Positions 60,844-64,000 of a DNA stretch of 64,000 bases are shown here, piece by piece. Location of the stretch: contig OZ241826.1 of the NCBI GenBank assembly GCA_965202585.1, positions 70,804,001-70,868,000 on the forward strand, written 5' to 3'. Below the pieces are notes generated by a model. That model searched no databases. It was not told the origin of the DNA and saw only the letters and a list, made by a program, of their open reading frames with translations. The stretch's first letter is position 1. Each line of letters begins with the position of its first letter. This DNA is from Thalia democratica (lineage: Eukaryota). The translations under genes were made by a program, and so were the position numbers.

Positions 60844-62325
60844 CAGGGGTCGGCAAACTGCGGCCCGCGGGCCAACTGCGGCCCTCGAAGTGTAAATCTG
60901 GTCCTCGAGCATGTAAATTTGGCCCGCTAAAAAAATCTATATTTTAAATAAACTTTTTCGAAGATTTTTTCTTTTTATTAGTTTAGTTTTTTATATTCTT
61001 GGATATCATTTAAAAAACATTATTTATCTTCACTACTTAAGCTTAAGTATGTAAAAAAGACAGGAATTAGTTCTAGCAGTTTTTCTTTAAAGTTTAGATT
61101 TTGCTTTACTTTTCAAACAACAATATCTTGGAGTGTATACAAAAGTTTACGTACTTGGATTCGAGTGTTTCTTAGATTCAGTACGTTGATAATGCAATAA
61201 GTAATTTATTTAGTATAACGATTTATATGTGTACAAACACGGTGCAAACATTACAGTGTTTTACTAAAATATCAATTCTTTATAATTTAGGTCTTTGGTT
61301 TGACATGTGATTATAAAAATACTTCTTTTATAAATGTTTTATCACTATATTCAAATTTGCAAGGAAACACTTAAAAGAAATCAAAAACTATTTAGTGAAA
61401 CTAAGATATTTAATTTATTTAATTTGTGAATTGTTTTATTTAAATGGCAAAGTTTTTTAATCTTGGCTTTCTTACATTTTTTTAACTTAAAAAACACTGA
61501 CTGTTTTCATGTAACTGATTGTAACTTTTTTGTTCCAAAAAGTTGCAACCAAGAAAACTTTAAATAGATTATTAAAGTTTTTAACGATTTTAAAAGAAAA
61601 ACTTGCGCTATTTAAAAGAAAGTAAAAATATATGTTTTGTTTATATTTTAGTTAACTTCAAAAAATAACTGGAAGTTTAAGTATGTGCTGTGCAATGTAT
61701 TGAATTTACAAAGATTATTTTCAACAACTTAGAAGAAAATAATAACTAAATAAATAGAAGTTGATTAAATAAAAAGTGTACAAGGTGATCCACATCTGTT
61801 TTTTGAGCTTAGTTTTTTACAGATGCCAGTGAGAGTTGCTTGCAAATGACTACGTGAAATGGCTATCTTCAAAATGCAAATAAAAGAGAAAAAACCAAAA
61901 CTATATGAAACTGAACTAGAAGAGGAAATTGATATCAAATTTTATCAATTGTTTATTGCATCACTGTGTTTGTAGTTGATCTTTTTCTGTTGTGTATTAA
62001 GTAATTTTTTTTTCAAACACAAAACGTTTGACAGATTGCTTATTTCATTGTTAAAGAGTTAGGTGGTATTGAAAATAAAAGTTCTTATTTTATTTATATA
62101 AATTGGTGAATACTGATAGAAATAATATTAGGACACAAGTGTTTTATCAAATAATAATTTTAGACTCTAAACTAAAAGTATATTTTAATTAGGCCAGGCC
62201 AGACCCCTCTAAATGTAACTAAAACCGATTAAAAATAAAAACTGACTAAAACTAAAACTGCGGCCCGCGAAAAATTCTGAAACTTGAAATTTGGCTCGCG
62301 AGAATCAATTGCCTACCGACCCCTG
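60844..62325. mobile_element. Non-autonomous hAT (Charlie-like) element, 1482 bp
   Basis: TIR CAGGGGTCGG at both ends, left end CAGGGGTCGGCAAACTGCGGCCCGCGGGCC. Perfect 8-bp TSD TATTATAT (60836-60843, 62326-62333). Subterminal TGCGGCCCGCG. No intact transposase. Confidence 0.9.
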
Positions 62326-64000
62326 TATTATATTAACAAAAGCTCCAACTTAAGCAACATCAGCTTACATTTTATAAGTTTCCATTACAAGTATTTAATT
62401 ATGTGCGGGCTTGCTGAGACATAAAACATGTAAAAGCATTTAAGTATTTTAAAAGTATTAGATAATAATTTTGTAACAACTAGAAAAAAAAATTATCTGG
62501 TCATATGTTGTTTAATTTGATTTCAAAAGAGTCTCGTAAATATATGGGAAAACAATAAGGTTGACTAACTTAAATACTACTTTTACCAATTGGTCAACTC
62601 AGCTAAGATGGATTTAAAACGTATTTTCTAATTAGACTTAAGGGCTAGGGTTAAAAAATAAGAGTCTTAAATTTAAACATAATCCGTTAACTTCAGTAAA
62701 ATGTCATGCATCTTTTTTTCAAAAGCTAATAACTGAATTCTTTTTTTTGTACTAATCAATCGTAAATTTTTATTTTAGCACTAAAATTAAAAAAAAATTT
62801 TCATACTTTTTAAATTTTTATATATACATTTTTATTTATTTAGCGGATAACTAAAATGTTTTTTATTGTCTATTTTAACTAAATCTTTTAAATTTCAATA
62901 AGCATACTATCTTTTGTTGCGTGCAATAGAACAAAACTTTATAAAAAAATATTGAACGTAAAAAAAGCTGGCTATCCGGAATTTCTACTTTAAAATTGTG
63001 TTTAATCTGCATATAGGCCGTACTATTTCAAGATAAACGAAGTATTATCCGAGTTCAACTGATGAAATCTTTTGTATTCAACAACAAAACGAAAATTTTA
63101 GACTCAAATAAAATAAAGAGAAAAACTTTGTCCTGGACAAGGCGTTAAAATGTATACAAACGGTATACGACTTGATAACCGAAACGTCTTTTTGTACACC
63201 AGGTCCTTGGGCCAAACTTTCTGAGAATTTTTGTCGTCGTTCAACAAACTGTTCTAAAGAAATAAAACAGCTTGTCTTTTTGCATTGTTAATTTACTGTA
63301 GTTAGTACTAAGTCAACTATTAAGTCTGAAAGACAACAAATTATATTCTATGATCGACTGATGTATTTTTATTGTTCTCATAAAACTGTTTTACTATAAA
63401 AAAGTTATATCTATTATAATTATAAAATATTTGTAAATCAAAAACTTCATTTAGTATTCGAATTCGGGCTAGATATCTACAAATAAAATATTATTTATTT
63501 ATAATTTTTGAAGTTGTTATTAAAATTTGAATAAAAGTTTTTTAAGTTATTTCAACGGTTTTTATGATATTTATCTAGGACTTAAAATCTATTAAACACT
63601 TTTAGTTTATTAACTAATACGTAGGTTTAAAATATAACTTAACTAGTTTAAACTAATTTTATAAGTTGTACTGCAATGCGATGTCAAAAATGTTTTTGAT
63701 TATTTGAGAATGATACTACCATTTTTTTATTAAATAAATTAAATTTAAGTTAAGTAAAATCAGGTTATATAATTATAAAATATTCAGAACAGAAATTAAA
63801 AGAGGAATCTAGTTTTAGGTAGTTTTGTTCACTGCTTTCACTGACATAGCAGAGCGGTAGACAGTTTAGTTTTTGCTATTTGATTTCCAAGTCTTAAGTT
63901 AAAATATGTTTGTAATACTTACAAAGAAGAAATCGAAAACTTAAAAATGAAGAACTGAAAATAAAAAAATCATTATAAATAGTAAAACATTAACATCGAT

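Noticed and set aside
61820-61975. Short open frame inside the Charlie-like element (MAIFKMQIKEKKPKLYETELEEEIDIKF...)
   Set aside because: Too short, and it lacks recognisable hAT transposase motifs.

Overview
Very AT-rich eukaryotic (invertebrate metazoan) genomic DNA with canonical GT-AG introns and GC-richer exons; the taxon cannot be fixed from the sequence. Seven protein-coding genes were reconstructed by hand, and every exon chain closes in frame. (1) A 13-exon A1CF/RBM46/RBM47-family RNA-binding protein gene (+, 5539-10943). (2) A compact, head-to-head cluster of five trypsin-fold (S1A) genes (18243-34775). Each has an N-terminal signal peptide, a short (I/L)xG(R/K)|I activation peptide and a C-terminal GPI-type hydrophobic tail, with CCP/TSP1/EGF modules or a mucin stalk placed AFTER the protease domain. 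One member is a catalytically dead homolog, and all five have Gly189 plus an acidic residue at 226. (3) A 14-exon beta-arrestin gene (-, 38888-54382). Non-coding DNA holds many non-autonomous DNA transposons (three hAT-type elements with perfect 8-bp TSDs, a Tc1/pogo-type MITE, palindromic foldback MITEs) and a Penelope-like GIY-YIG relic followed by a degenerate hammerhead-like motif. The best candidate for an undescribed system is the protease cluster, a possible self-contained, membrane-tethered cell-surface protease cascade with a pseudoprotease partner. No rRNA, tRNA or CRISPR array was found.
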